64,000 nucleotides of DNA from Geosiphon pyriformis uo1 (GCA_016748015.1 JAAOMT010000400.1:248001-312000), one strand, 5' to 3'; shown: positions 26,290 to 39,800, counted from the stretch's first letter. Notes: generated by a model from the sequence alone, not told the origin. Translations and numbers: made by a program.

Positions 26290-26905
26290 AGCTCGTCATG
26301 GGGTTTTGGAATCCTGTATGTCTTCTTGGAAGGCAATTTCTGGTCTTTTCCTCTCTTTTTCTAATGTATTGCAGCTGCTGTCAACCTGTGCTTCAGATTT
26401 CCTGGTGTCTTTAGCTCTTTACAAAGGTTTTGTTTTCAGAAGATGGTTTCGTGAGGCTGTTTCCGTCTTCCATGATCCCAAGGTTACTGGCGTCAAGATT
26501 ACTGATTTTGTATGCTCCCTTTGTGTTACTTTCAGGAATAACATTTGGTTGGTCCATGCCAAGTATTGTGCATACATGGAAAAGAATGGCCTGATCCCAG
26601 TGGATGGCTCAATTTCTGTCTTGGTTTCTGGTTTGGTTTTGAGATTTTTGGGTGGTGTAATTAAATTGCTTGGTATTGCTGAAGCTTTTGGTGTCCATTT
26701 TGGTTTTCACAAATCTTGTTCGTTTTTCTCAGGTATTGGTGACTCGGTTTCTGTTAATATAGATATGTAGTGTTGTCTTGACTGGCTCGAGTGGCTGGTT
26801 ACGTGTAGAAAATGCATGATTCACACTTAGTTTAGATTATTTTTTTGATGTATAGTTCTAAGTTGCATTTGAATCTCACTTGTTAAATATAAAAAAAAAA
26901 AAAAA
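26290..26905 (+). mobile_element. 5'-truncated LINE (ORF2 C-terminus, 3' UTR, poly-A)
   Basis: ORF 26306-26770 aligns with the C-terminus of ORF 40390-41058 (ALYKGFVF..W..HAKY..MEKNGLIPVDGS..FFSGIG). Conserved 3' UTR and poly-A at ~26889-26905. Confidence 0.9.
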
Positions 26906-26909
26906 TAAG

Positions 26910-29260
26910 TAAAGAATTAATTTAGTATTATGTTTTTTATCTATTAATATATTTATTAATAATGCTATTTAAATTAATTATAGTTATATTAATATTTAGT
27001 ACATTTTAAACATTAAAATTAAAAATTTCAAGATAAATAACATTAGTATTTGAACATATATTTTTTTATAAAAATTTTTTTTAAATTTAGTTTGGCCAAG
27101 ATTTATTTTAATATAAAATTTATTGCTAATATAATTTTAAAAAAAATGATTATAAACAAATAATTTTTGTATTTAGTTTTTATAGTTTTATAACTAATTA
27201 TTAATTATAAAATTCAGTTTAGTTTTATATTTAAAAATGTATATCTAAAATAAAATATAATAATTTGGAAAAAATTAAGATCTAAAGTTAACTTATTAAA
27301 AAAATTTTTAAATAAAACTTTATATGATTCTTTTTTATATAATTTAAAATTTTTTGTTCAAGTTTAGAATAAAAGTAAAATTGCTTTTTTGTTGACTTTT
27401 TTAAATATTTTTGTCATAGTAAGTTATTTATTTCTAAATTTACAAATAGTAAAATAAATTTTTAAAAGCTTATTGCAATTTTTTATTAGATTATAAATTA
27501 ATTTAAACAATAATTTTTTGGTTAAAATAATAAGATTTTTTTTAAATTATAAGGTTTTTTTTCAAATAATTTACTAAATATATTTTATCTGATTAATAAC
27601 ATATTTATATTAGATATTTTAGATAATCTATTATATTATAATATTGTTGGTTTTTTAAAAAGATTTGGTATAGCTTTTGATAATTAGCTTTTTGATAAAA
27701 AAAGCTAAATTTTTAATTAAAAAATCTTTTATTAATAAAAATATTTAGATCTATATGATTTAATATCTTTTTGATTTATAATTATTGTTAATTATTTTTA
27801 TAAAAATAGTTTATAAGTGGTTGTGTTTACTATTAATTAAATATTTAATTGTTAAAATATTATTTATTTAAACAGTTTTTAATAATTAAAGAATATTTAA
27901 AAAAAATAAGTTTAAATATAATTAATATTTATATAGATAATTCTTTAAAAAATTTGGGTTTTTGTAAAATAATTTGTAATATTGTAGTTTTTTTTAAAAA
28001 TCTGAATTTAAATATTAGTATAAAAATTTTTGGTTTGATTTTTTTAATTATAATTAAATTACAAACAATTGTTTTAGTTTTTAAGTATATTTTTAAATAT
28101 AATAATATGATTATTTATTCTAATAATTAAGTTGTTTTTAATACTTATATTGTTAAAATAAAATTGGTTTTTTTAAACTGTTATAATAAATATTAGATAA
28201 AAAAAAATAGTATACTAATTGAATTTATAATAAAAATATTAATATTACTTGATTAAAAGTTATTCTAATATTATAAATAATAAAACTATTAATATATTAA
28301 TAAATAAAATTACTATTATGTTGTTGTTTTTTCTGGTTTTAATTAAAAATTTTTTTAATAACAAATAGTATTGTTGTCTTTAAAAATACATAATGTTTTA
28401 TTTAAAAGATTTATGAATTTGAAAGTTATTTTTAATGAAAAAATAGTTTAGATATTTATGTAATAAATAGTTTTTTGCTTAGTAATATTAATTAAAAATA
28501 TATATTTTTTGTATAATATTTTAATTTTTATATATTTATTAAATTTATTAATAAATTTTTTGTTGTTTTATATACATATATAATAAAAGTAATTTATAAA
28601 TAATTGTCTATAATTATTAAAAAATATTATTATAATAAAAAATATCTTAAAATTTTTTGTTTATATTGTAATAAGATTAAGTTTTTGAATTATGCTTTTA
28701 TATACAGATTAAATACAATATATTATTTGAAATTATTAATAAAACTAGTTAGTATTTGAGTGTTTTTAAAAAATATTTTATTATTATTATTATTAATTGT
28801 TTAATTTTTGTTATTTTGTGCTTCAGATATTAGTTTGTATATAATTGTTTGTAAAAACTTTGTATTTAAATATTGATAAAACAAAACAGTCTTAGTTTTT
28901 GTTAATGGCCATATTTTTGACAAATTTTATAAAAAAATTGGTTTTTTGTTACAGAAACAGAATTTGGTTATATAAATCTAAATGTAAGATTACAATAAAA
29001 AAAAGTAAGTCAATTGGAAATGATTTTTTAGTTTTTTAAAATTTGTAAGGTCTTATGGGTAAATTTTTTAATAAAATAATGTGTTTGCTTGGAATTGATA
29101 AAGCTTTAATAATGTGTTTTATTTGTGTTTGTAATGTGTAAATGCATATAGGTATGTAGTGTAGTCTTGACTGGCTTAAGTAGCTAGTCACATGTAGTCA
29201 ATGCATGAATCACATTTAATTGAAATCACTTAGTCTGGTTTTGTATGCTAAGTAGTAATA
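26910..29260 (+). mobile_element. Extremely eroded LINE ORF2 3' half (RT thumb, RNase H, 3' UTR)
   Basis: H*YLNIY..SLAK..KQFLYLV pattern at 27040-27230. ORF 27849-28130 IYIDNSLKN..IKLQTIVLVFKYI..IYSNN equals RNase H VYTDGS..ELQAIALALECI..SDS after G>A/C>T decay. Canonical 3' UTR motif at 29157. Confidence 0.8.
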
Positions 29261-29264
29261 AGTA

Positions 29265-30357
29265 GAATTCAAAGATTTCGAACTTGAACTTGAACCGAAC
29301 TTAAAATTATTGAACCTGAACTGAATTCAAATTCAAACAACAAGTTCGGTTCAAATTCAGTTCAAAGTTCATGAACATGTTTAGGTTCGACTATTAAAAA
29401 TTATGTTATATTATTAACTAATTTTCCTTTCAATGGTCCTTGCATTTATGATTGAAGACACGATGATGCTCTTAAAGTTTTAGGCACTAAGCAAGACCTC
29501 ATATCTGCAGTCATATTTCCACCTACAGAAAAGGCACATTCAAAAACAACAGATGATCCTTGGATTGCCAAGTAATTACAAGCCATACGTACAAGACAAG
29601 GAAATTGTGTCTGATGTGCCTAAATATTGAATTTTTAATAAAAATGATAATTTAAATAGATATTTTTTCCAGTTTTCTAGTTATATTGGCAATCTCACCC
29701 GTCAAAACATTTCTTCGATTGACCCGCAATTTTTTTGGACATTTTGCCTTTTCTTATGATATGCTTCCATTGTGACATATACTGTTCAGTGGGAAGCCTC
29801 TAAATGGCGCCATAAGGTTTGGTAGTGTCTGTAGTTCCGCAAGAAAATGGTTTATGCAAACATTTTGAGACCATACATTTAGCTGTTTTTTTTTCTTTTG
29901 TCCACTCAAACTTATCAAAATAGTCCCATACTTCACTCTGAAAACTACGTTTACCAGAGATATTAATATTTAGACTATTTGGGTTATCAAATTCCGTTAT
30001 TTCGGATTTTGAACCTTCGGTAACATTGGATGATGCCGACAATGAATTCATTTTGGTAAGTTGGAGAGTGGAGTTGTCATACATGCATAGTTTTATATAC
30101 CTCTTTAACTGATCATAGTAATTAAACAAAGTAATAATTGATGAACAAGTAATACAAAATATATCTTTTTTTTTTAATTCCATCGAACTGGAATAAGTTC
30201 GTGGACTTTGAACCAGACCTGAACTGAACTCAGACTTGCCAAAAAGGTTCAACTTCGAACTCGAACCGAACCTACTTTGAAAATTTGGTTCGGTTCAAGT
30301 TCAGTTCATAATTCGAACCGAACTTGAGCAGTATTCAAAGTTCGGTTCATCGGCCTA
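29265..30357 (-). mobile_element. Internally deleted hAT DNA transposon (BED finger joined to C-terminal dimerization domain)
   Basis: SEVWDYF..KTAKCMVSKC..FSCGTT (BED zinc finger, ORF 29800-30252) and FPCLVRMACNYLAIQGSSVVFECAFSVGG (hAT dimerization domain, ~29620-29450). Clusters of GAACCGAAC/GAACTTGAAC subterminal repeats at both ends. One terminus, TAGGCCGATGAACCGAAC, at 30357; the other TIR was not found. Confidence 0.85.
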
Positions 30358-30362
30358 GATTT

Positions 30363-30452
30363 AATGTAGTTTAGTCTTGACTGGGCTCGTGTTTTGTCAC
30401 ATGTAAAAAGTGCATAAATCATGTTTAAATTTACACCTTTTAATAAAAAATA
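30363..30452 (+). mobile_element. Isolated LINE 3' tail (ultra-truncated copy)
   Basis: atgtagtttagtcttgactggg..gtcacatgta..gcataaatca followed by an A-rich tail matches the LINE 3' UTR motif. Confidence 0.6.
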
Positions 30453-31413
30453 AGTGCAAATAAGTTGGAATTAATTATAACGTTATTTTAATCAAATCAC
30501 ATTGTAAATTTGATAAAATATTTCTAAATTAGATCATTGAAAAAATGATAAAGAAATTTGTTCAAAATTCCTTTCTTCTCCATATTAAGGAATGGGGTAT
30601 CAAAAAATTTCATTTATTGCGTGTTATTTTTATAGTTTCACAATATTAATTAGTTCACCCATGGAATTTTGAAATGAAACTATGATAACGTTGGTTGCAT
30701 TTTTCCTTTTCTATAGATATGTTTTTCAAGGATATTCGTGAGTTCACGCGCGTCAAGAAAATCATAAACACTGGATACTAATACTAGTACTACTATTTAT
30801 GAGGATTCTTGCGGAACACACATAATGGAAAGGGGATAAAAATCAAAGAGAATGCATCATGAATGAATGAAGGACAGGGTATAATATATATCATGTTTAT
30901 AAGGATAACGATGGAGATTCAATGAAAACAAATTGTGAATTGGTTTAACACAATATTTTTTAGTCTAGAATTAGAAGATTGTACGTATTTGGTCTCACTG
31001 ACGGATATCATTTGGATCAAAAGCAAAGAGATTTGAACAGTGAAGGAATTGAAGAATGGGTAAATTTGATTATCTATGCTCAGGAATTCGGATGATATGA
31101 AGCGAGTAGAGAGCAAGTTCAGGAAAGTTCTCGCTCTATGGATGAAGGCTTGAAATCAGGGGAGGATAGTCCAAGGCTTTTGTAATATTGATTAGCGTAA
31201 AATAAATTTGTTAGGTGAGTTTCAAGAACTTAATATACAATAAAATTTTGGGGCAATTGGAAAATAAATTTTTCAAAAAGTTTGAGATAACTTGTCAGCT
31301 CTTTAACAATGTGACTCCAAATTATCAACATAGATAATTCCAATTTTTAAAAAGGAATCCTCTATTTGACCCATTTCAGGTATTTTTGGTCATATTTATG
31401 GAAAAAAATGACT

Positions 31414-32889
31414 TCAAAAATAGCCGCCTTGTCTATTGCTGGATCTCCCCCGGCTTCGTGAATTGCCACTTCCGTTTTGAATAGATTCAACAGATAAATT
31501 TTCCCTGTATTCACCAATATCGTGAGATGGTGATGGGTATACGCGTGATGCAGGATTTGGGCTTACGCTTCTTGCCCTAGCATGATAATCATCATATTGT
31601 CGGCCTGTGGTTCGATGATTAAGAAATTGATCTTGATGAGATGATTCAATTCGTTTAGCTTTGTAACGAGGTTCAGTTTGTCTCAAGGAAGAGGAGGTTA
31701 ATTGCTGATATTGTTGAGATAAATTATTTGTTTCGTTAGGCCGTAAAAATTCGTAATTATTAGGCAATGAAGACGCGATTTCAGAAGATTGATATCCCAT
31801 TCGAGGATTACCAGATGTAGGTCTTTCTGATGATGATTGTGATGCAGATGAAGACTTTGCTGCTGCAGTGGCACTAGCTACTGTCTCCCATAATCTAGGC
31901 TTTCTTTTTGGATTATTGTTCGAGATCAAATTGTCACCATTATTATCATTTCTACCACTAGATCCAGCTCCGTCTTTTTTCGCAGACTCGTAAATATCGC
32001 GAAATGATTTTTTCTGATAGATTGTTTCTTCTTTAGAAGACCGTCTTCGTGCTGAAATAAAACTCGGATTTTTTCCAGCACCTGATGTTACATTGGATTC
32101 TAAACGTTTTTTGAGGGGAACTCCTTCACTGTATAACCAACTGGGAAGATCCTGTAATTTCTTCTCGTAATATTCACGAAGAATACGAGAAATATGGGTC
32201 TCTCCTTCCCATCCCTCTTTATCAGATTCTTTTCAATCAATATCCATCATCAAATCGATTAAGAAATATTCACGATATTTAATGACTTTATTTGGTGACT
32301 ATAAAAAAAGCAATAAGTAAATACTGACCATTATCTGATTCTGCTCCAATGTTTGATATATTTTCTTTCAGTGTTGAAGTTGCACTCAAAAGTTTATCCC
32401 AAAGCTTCGATCCATTATTAGGAGGTACAGCTGTAAATTGGATGATCATTTTTCCTTTTTTAGTTAGACCAATTGAAATAAATTCCGAGTTGTGAAATGA
32501 ATCTTACCTTCACCATTGACCTCCTTCCAATTACGAACAGCTCTTAATTTCTTCCATAGACCATCATTTCCAGAGTTTTCGTTATCAGAGTATAAGTCGA
32601 AATTAGAATTATTTACTTTCTGCGAGTTAGAGCGATCATCACGATGCTCCAATTTTCCTTCATTTTTGGCAGCTTTTAATCTTGCCCAACCACTTGGTCC
32701 AGAACTATTATTACCAGAGGAAGAAGAGTTACCAGATAAAAAGTTTTTCGGTATAGAAGGTACTGGTGGTGAATCTGAAGGTGAGGTACCACACTTATGT
32801 CTCGCTGGATAAAGACCTACGTCTTGACCACAATCTTTGCAGAGAACAACAAGTCGAGAAACTCGATAGTCAATAACTTCTGCGACCAT
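31414..32889 (-). CDS. Mso1-like Sec1/Munc18-binding protein with N-terminal CxxC-x9-HxC motif; 3 exons (32889-32508, 32430-32329, 32228-31414), 432 aa
   Basis: GT-AG splicing gives one continuous frame. GSKLWDKLLSATSTLKENISNIGAESDNESDKEGWEGETHISRILREYYEKKLQDLPSWL parallels, from memory, the yeast Mso1 N-terminal Sec1-binding segment (GRFWNKFKSSTKSL..KDGD..TLVHKGLVKFYE..FPGWL). The remainder is S/N/R-rich and probably disordered. Confidence 0.75.
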
Positions 32890-33392
32890 CTGGATTTCCG
32901 CGGTTTCTAAAGCTGGTATAGGAAACTGTATGAGATATGAGTAACTAGTTGCAACTATTAAGGTCTACGAGTTTTACTCGAGAAATTAAAGAGAAAAGTT
33001 TAAAAGAGCGAGAAAGTCAAGAGTTTCAAAGGTGTGTGTATAAAGGGTTGACCCAGCAACACAGACTTAGATATATTATTTTCTATAAATTGTAAAAGTA
33101 GAACGGGAAAGCACTTTATTAATATTATAATTTAACAGATAAAACGCTATGTACAATACAGCAATTTTTAATTTACCTGTATCCAATATATGTATTGAAT
33201 TTACTTTTTGCCCCGCGGCCTCTGTCAGCTGACGGGATCAATTGGTTGTTACATTCTATTACGATCTCGTTTGAATTTATGTCATTGTTACTTATTCGAT
33301 CGCTGATTTAAGTCAGCGCAGTTGTTAGGAGTATTAAGGGTGTGGGTAATAAAATAATAAATTCAGCAATTCTCAGGAAAAACACTTTATTA

Positions 33393-34551
33393 ATGTCTTA
33401 CCAATCGCCTCATTATACGGCCCCACCTCCAGCATACTCTTCAATTAATCCTCTTGCTGGACCGTCTTCCGCTCGCGAGCCTTCATCAAGTCATGGATTG
33501 GACGACGTACCTGACGATTTCAAATATGGTGTTACCGTTGCAGAATGTGACATTTCAATTCGTAATGGTGCGAGTCTCTCTTCTCTACGAATTAATTTTT
33601 CTTTTGTAATATGCTTATTAATTATTTATTGAATTTCATTACATTAATGTGATAGCCTTTGTGAGTAAGGTCTATTCTATCTTAGGTGCGCAACTTCTTA
33701 CCACCATCGTCATGGGTGCCATTTTCATGTACAACGATTCTTTGAAATTATGGGTTTATACACAGTAATTATCTTTCTCCTTTTGAAATGCTAAATGAGA
33801 TCCCGAAAGAAATTTTCACGTTCCAATTTTTGTTAATTTCTTTAAAGTTCATGGTTACTCTGGGTTTCAATTTTCGGTTCTCTTGGAACGCTGTTCGCTC
33901 TTGGCTGGAAGAGCCAATCTTACCCAACAAATTATATCTTGTTAGGGATATTCACACTTCTTGAAGGTTATGCTATCGCAACAGCTGGTAAAAAACTCAT
34001 GACTATAATGCCATTGGGGCTTTTATACTTTGATGAACATGATCCAAAGTGGCTTATAGATCTTGAGGCTTAATGGTATAATCTTATTTGTTTTTCTTAG
34101 TTACCTTTTACGAGAAGCAGATGGTTCTGCAAGCATTGATTATTACTTTTGGAATTTTCGTTGGATTAACTTTATTTACCCTCCAATCAAAATGGGATTT
34201 TAGCGGAATGGGACCCATGTAAGCAGAGAAAATCTTTTGAACCGATTTTTCCCTTCAATCTTGACGTTTGCAATCCCTTTTCTCTTGTTCCATAGCCTTA
34301 TTGGAGCGCTCTGGGTTGTGATTATTCTTGGTTTGGTTCAGATATTTATACCTTTCTCTACTGGATTTGATCTTGTCGTCGCCATCGGCACGGCTGTCAT
34401 TTTCTGTGGCTTCATAATATACGATACTTTCAATATATTGAACCGGCTCAGTCCTGAGGAATATGTTATGGGGGCGATCAGCCTTTATCTTGATTTCCTA
34501 AACCTTTTCCTCAACATCCTGAGGATTCTAAATGATCTTAACCGAGACTAA
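33393..34551 (+). CDS. BXI1: Bax inhibitor-1 / TMBIM (Lifeguard/GAAP, BXI1-like) membrane protein, 5 exons
   Basis: MSYQSPHYTAPPPAY..DDVPDDFKYGVTVAECDISIRNAFVSKVYSILGAQLL, YPTNYILLGIFTLLEG, FTLQSKWDFSG, IIYDT and SPEEYVMGAISLYLDFLNLFLNILRIL; stop at 34549-34551. Confidence 0.93.
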
Positions 34552-35944
34552 TGTATGGATGAACTCCTTCCCATTCTGTCGGGAGAGGCCGTAATGCAAG
34601 AAATCTCACAAGGCATAGTTTTTCATTGCTTCAAATGTTTAATATGTCTTTCTGTTATAAATTGGTATAGCAGTAAGTTTTTCATAAGAACTTGAAAGGG
34701 TTTGTTTCAAGCAGTCTTACGCAGAGATTTCTAGGTAGATTTTTTACTTTGGATATTTTATTATGACATAAACTTGACAGAATTTACTTTGATCAAAGCA
34801 AAAAAAATGTCGGTTTTTTGTTTTTAAATATATGTTAAATTTGTAATATTGCAATTAATGTCAATTGCTGTAAATAATAACATATATTGTAATTGAGTTT
34901 ATGTGGTATTTTAGTACATATTGTATAAACAAAATAAAACCAGCTGCAAAAATTGAAAACTCAACATTTCATTTTTATTTTATATTTATTTCTCTTAAAT
35001 AGAGTTTAAAACCCAATTTTGGTGTTATAATTGTTAAAAGATTTTTGCAAGCTTATATTTTATGTTATTAATATTATAAAAAAATGTAATTATTGGTTAA
35101 ATAAAAAATATATTTAATAATTTTATGTAAATAAATAACTTGATTTTTTTTATTAATTATTTTATAGGCAAAATAAAATTTAACTTTAAAAAAACAAAAT
35201 AAATATATTTTAAAAATGTTTTTAAATATAATTATTAATATTTAATAAAATAAATTAATAAAAGATTCAATATATTAAAAAATTTAATTATATATATATA
35301 TGTTTTTTTACTGCAAAATTTTGTTTTTGATTTTTTTTTGCTGGTTTTTTTATTGTATTTTCTGATTTATATTATATTTTAAAAAATAAAATTGTTAATA
35401 AAATTTGTAATAATTTTATAAAACTTAAAAATTAAAATTAATTATATATAATACAATATTATTAAACTTATTTTTTATAAATATAAAATAATTAATATTA
35501 ACAAATACAAATTTAAAAATTTTTGATATTATTACAATTAAATAAAAATTAAAAATTATAATTTAATTTTTAAGTCAATTTTAAAGACTTTAAAATTTTA
35601 TTAATTTTATTATTATATATGTTTTTATTAAAAAATAAATATTTTATAACTACTTTTTAAATATTTAAATTTAAATTAAACACAATTATTTTATTATAAA
35701 ATTATGTTTTAAATTGATTATTATTAATTAAATTATTAATTAATAATAATAAAAATTAATAAACTTAATTTTAATAACTTGGATTTTATTTAATAACTTT
35801 AACTTAAAGTATTAATTTATTATTATATATTTGAAAAAACTAAATTAATTAAATACTAAATTTATATTAAAAATATTATGTTTATTAAACAAAATACCTA
35901 TTAAGTTTTATATTATCAAAAAATATTAAAAAAATATTAAATTA

Positions 35945-36830
<886 letters not shown>

Positions 36831-36879
36831 AGTTAGTTCAAATTTTATTACATTAATATTCTAAAAAAAAACTTATCTA

Positions 36880-39800
36880 AAAAAGATATTCTTTAAATAA
36901 ATTCAAATAATATAGTATTATTATTAATCAATCCAACCAGTTATTTAGCTGTCTTTAAAACATTAATCTTAATATTAATAGTTTTATGTTTTTATAGTAA
37001 TATCAAATTAGAAAACATATTATTATTAACTATAAACAAATTTATATAAAAGCCAGCCATATTAATGTTTTTATAGTTATATTTAGTTTTTAAAGCAATA
37101 ATTTTTTGTTTTAACTTATTAACAATTTTGCTAAAGATATTTATATATATTATAATCTTATTGATCTTAAATCCAAATATACTATTTGAAACCAAATTTT
37201 TATTAACAAATTGTTTAAATATAATAATCAAAAAATTAACCAGCTTAATAATAGACTTAACCAAAGCAAAAAGCTTGGCCAAATCAAGTTCCAAAAAAGC
37301 TAATTAAAAAAAAACCACAGAATTACTAACTATTATATTAGCAAAAAAACAGAACCAACTAGAAAACTAAAAATTAAAAAAAGCACAAGAGCAGTAGCTT
37401 TAACATAAAACTTAATACCAATAAAACAAAACACAAAAGTCTTGAAAATTTTAGAAAAGAAAAATGAAAACATCTTATAATTAATAGCCAAATAATTTAA
37501 GTTTTAATATTTAAAATAATATTAGTATTTAAGAATTTCTTACCAAATACAATATTTTTTCAAAGTATTAATTTTAATAATAGTAGCATTCAAATTACTC
37601 TATAAGTTAAATATAACCAGAATAAACTAGTATTATTAGCAATTTTGAGTCTTTTTTTTTTACTGTTTGTAAATGTTGTATTATTGTTAATTAGCAATTA
37701 TGAAAAGCAGTTAAATCTTTAATAACTAAATTTATCTTCAAATTATTTCTTATAATTTGAATTATTGGACTTATATGTAGAATAACCAATTTTATGTTAA
37801 TTATTTATATAGTTATTTTGCAATAAAAGTCAACTTTTTTTCAGAAAATACTCATCTAAAAGTTTACTAAAAATGTGTAATTATTTTGCTATAAAAGTTA
37901 ACTTTTCTATAAAAAATCTCAATTATAAGTTATTTAATAATAAAAAAATAAAAATAAAAATAAAAAAAATAAATTAAGAAAAAAATATAAAAATATATTA
38001 AGAAAGTTGATTTGAATTCAAATCTAAAAATTATTAATAGTTTATTAAAATTGGTAACTAATTAATTTCAAATTGTTAATATAAAATAGTTAAATTCATA
38101 ATAAAAATAAATAAAAATTTTTATGTTTTCAAAGTAGATTTTATTAAAATTGATTTGTATAAAAAATACTAAAGATATTAATTCTAATTTAAAATATATT
38201 TTCTTAAAGAGAAAAGCTCTTTTTTTATACAACTTATTATAATACTATTCTATAATTTAATATATTTTTTTTCTAATATTTTAATAACTTAAAAATATAT
38301 TTTGTTAAACTACAAGTTATTTCTATAAACTATAGATTATTTTGGTGAATTATTAAATATTTTGTCAAATTATTAAATATTTTAACAAATTTTAAATGTT
38401 ATATAGTTTAATGTATTATATAATTTAATTATTATAATTTTGTTATATTTGTGTTTTGTACAAATTAAGTTATTAATTAAATAATAATGCAATAATTTGA
38501 TAAAATAATAAGTAGTAAATTGAAATAATAATATATGTTAATTAATAATAAAAATTATAAAAATAATTTTATGTTAAATAATATCTTAAATTTTGACTGG
38601 TAATACTAAAAACAATAACCAAAATCAAATAAGTGAAGAATAAAACAAGACTGACCACCAATCTGAAAAATTATATTACTAATTTTAAAGGCAATACAGC
38701 AGAAAAAAATTGACCAACTTGGCTTTAAACTTATTATAAAACAGAATAGCTTCATTTTAATTTATTAAAAAAAAATTCTAAAACTATTTTTGTCTAATAA
38801 AATTAACCAATAATTCAAAACACATACAACAACATCCAAAATTTTAAAGTAAATAATTACATATTGTTAAATGCCAACAAACTTTAATATAACATAAAAA
38901 ACTTTACCAAATACATTAAATACTATTTTAACATTAACAGCAAACATACCTAAAAACATATTATATAATACAACAGCAACAAAAAAAAATCAGACTTAAA
39001 AACCACCAAAGATTTGGCAAGTTTAAAAGTGACCAGATAAACAAAGCTATCAAATTCAACCAAAAATACAGTTTTTAAAGACTATTAAAAAGCAAACTTT
39101 ATATAAAAAAGTTTTATATTGTTTTTTATAATAGATTTTGTATTCAAAAAACTATGCACAGACTAAAAAACAGTCTTAATATAAATCAATTTAATCTTAA
39201 AAGTAATATTTAGTATTAAAATAAAGACCACTTATTTAGCAAAATTTTATGCCTAGTAATAGTTTTCTAAGTACTACTAATAATAATACTAAAAACCAAA
39301 AAAGATAATAATAATTCAATTTTTATTTAATTAATCCAATTTCTAAGAACAGATAACTTAATAAAAAACTGTTGTTTTATTTTTAAAATCAGTAAAAATT
39401 TGTTAAAAAACATCATATTTGACAATACAACTAGTAATTGATTTTGGCTTATCATAAATAATATATTAAATAATATATTAAATAATACAATAAAAATCTT
39501 ATTCAAAATTTTATCTAAAATCACAAAAAAATTTAATATACCAATAGCAAAAGCAAATAACTACTTTTGTTTTTTGGAATTTTTGGTTTTTCTGATTATT
39601 TTTAAAAAAGTGGTGCTAGTAGTATTAAATATAGCAACAATAATTGAAAAAACCAACTTATTAATTAGGCTTATTATTAAAAACTTTTAGGCTTTTAATA
39701 AAAATAAAGACAACACTAAAACTGATTCAAATATGTCTCTTAAAAAAAACTTTAACTAGTAAAAAACTAGTCAAAAATAAAAAAAATGTTTTAAAAACCA

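Noticed and set aside
26768-26830. Hammerhead or HDV ribozyme in the LINE 3' UTR
   Set aside because: No CUGANGA/GAAA core or nested double pseudoknot is visible; only a simple stem-loop is supported.
10700-29200. Mitochondrial insertion or AT-rich endosymbiont DNA
   Set aside because: No organellar or bacterial genes are recognisable; the segments back-translate to TE proteins and have paralogs within the window.
30460-31410. Possible small gene (ORF 30919-31116)
   Set aside because: No ATG start, no recognisable motif and no convincing splice pattern; treated as intergenic or UTR, although it retains CpG.
34920-35940. Additional repeat family (weak similarity to 58170-58900 and 40000-40240)
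   Set aside because: Too AT-rich to distinguish homology from low complexity by eye.
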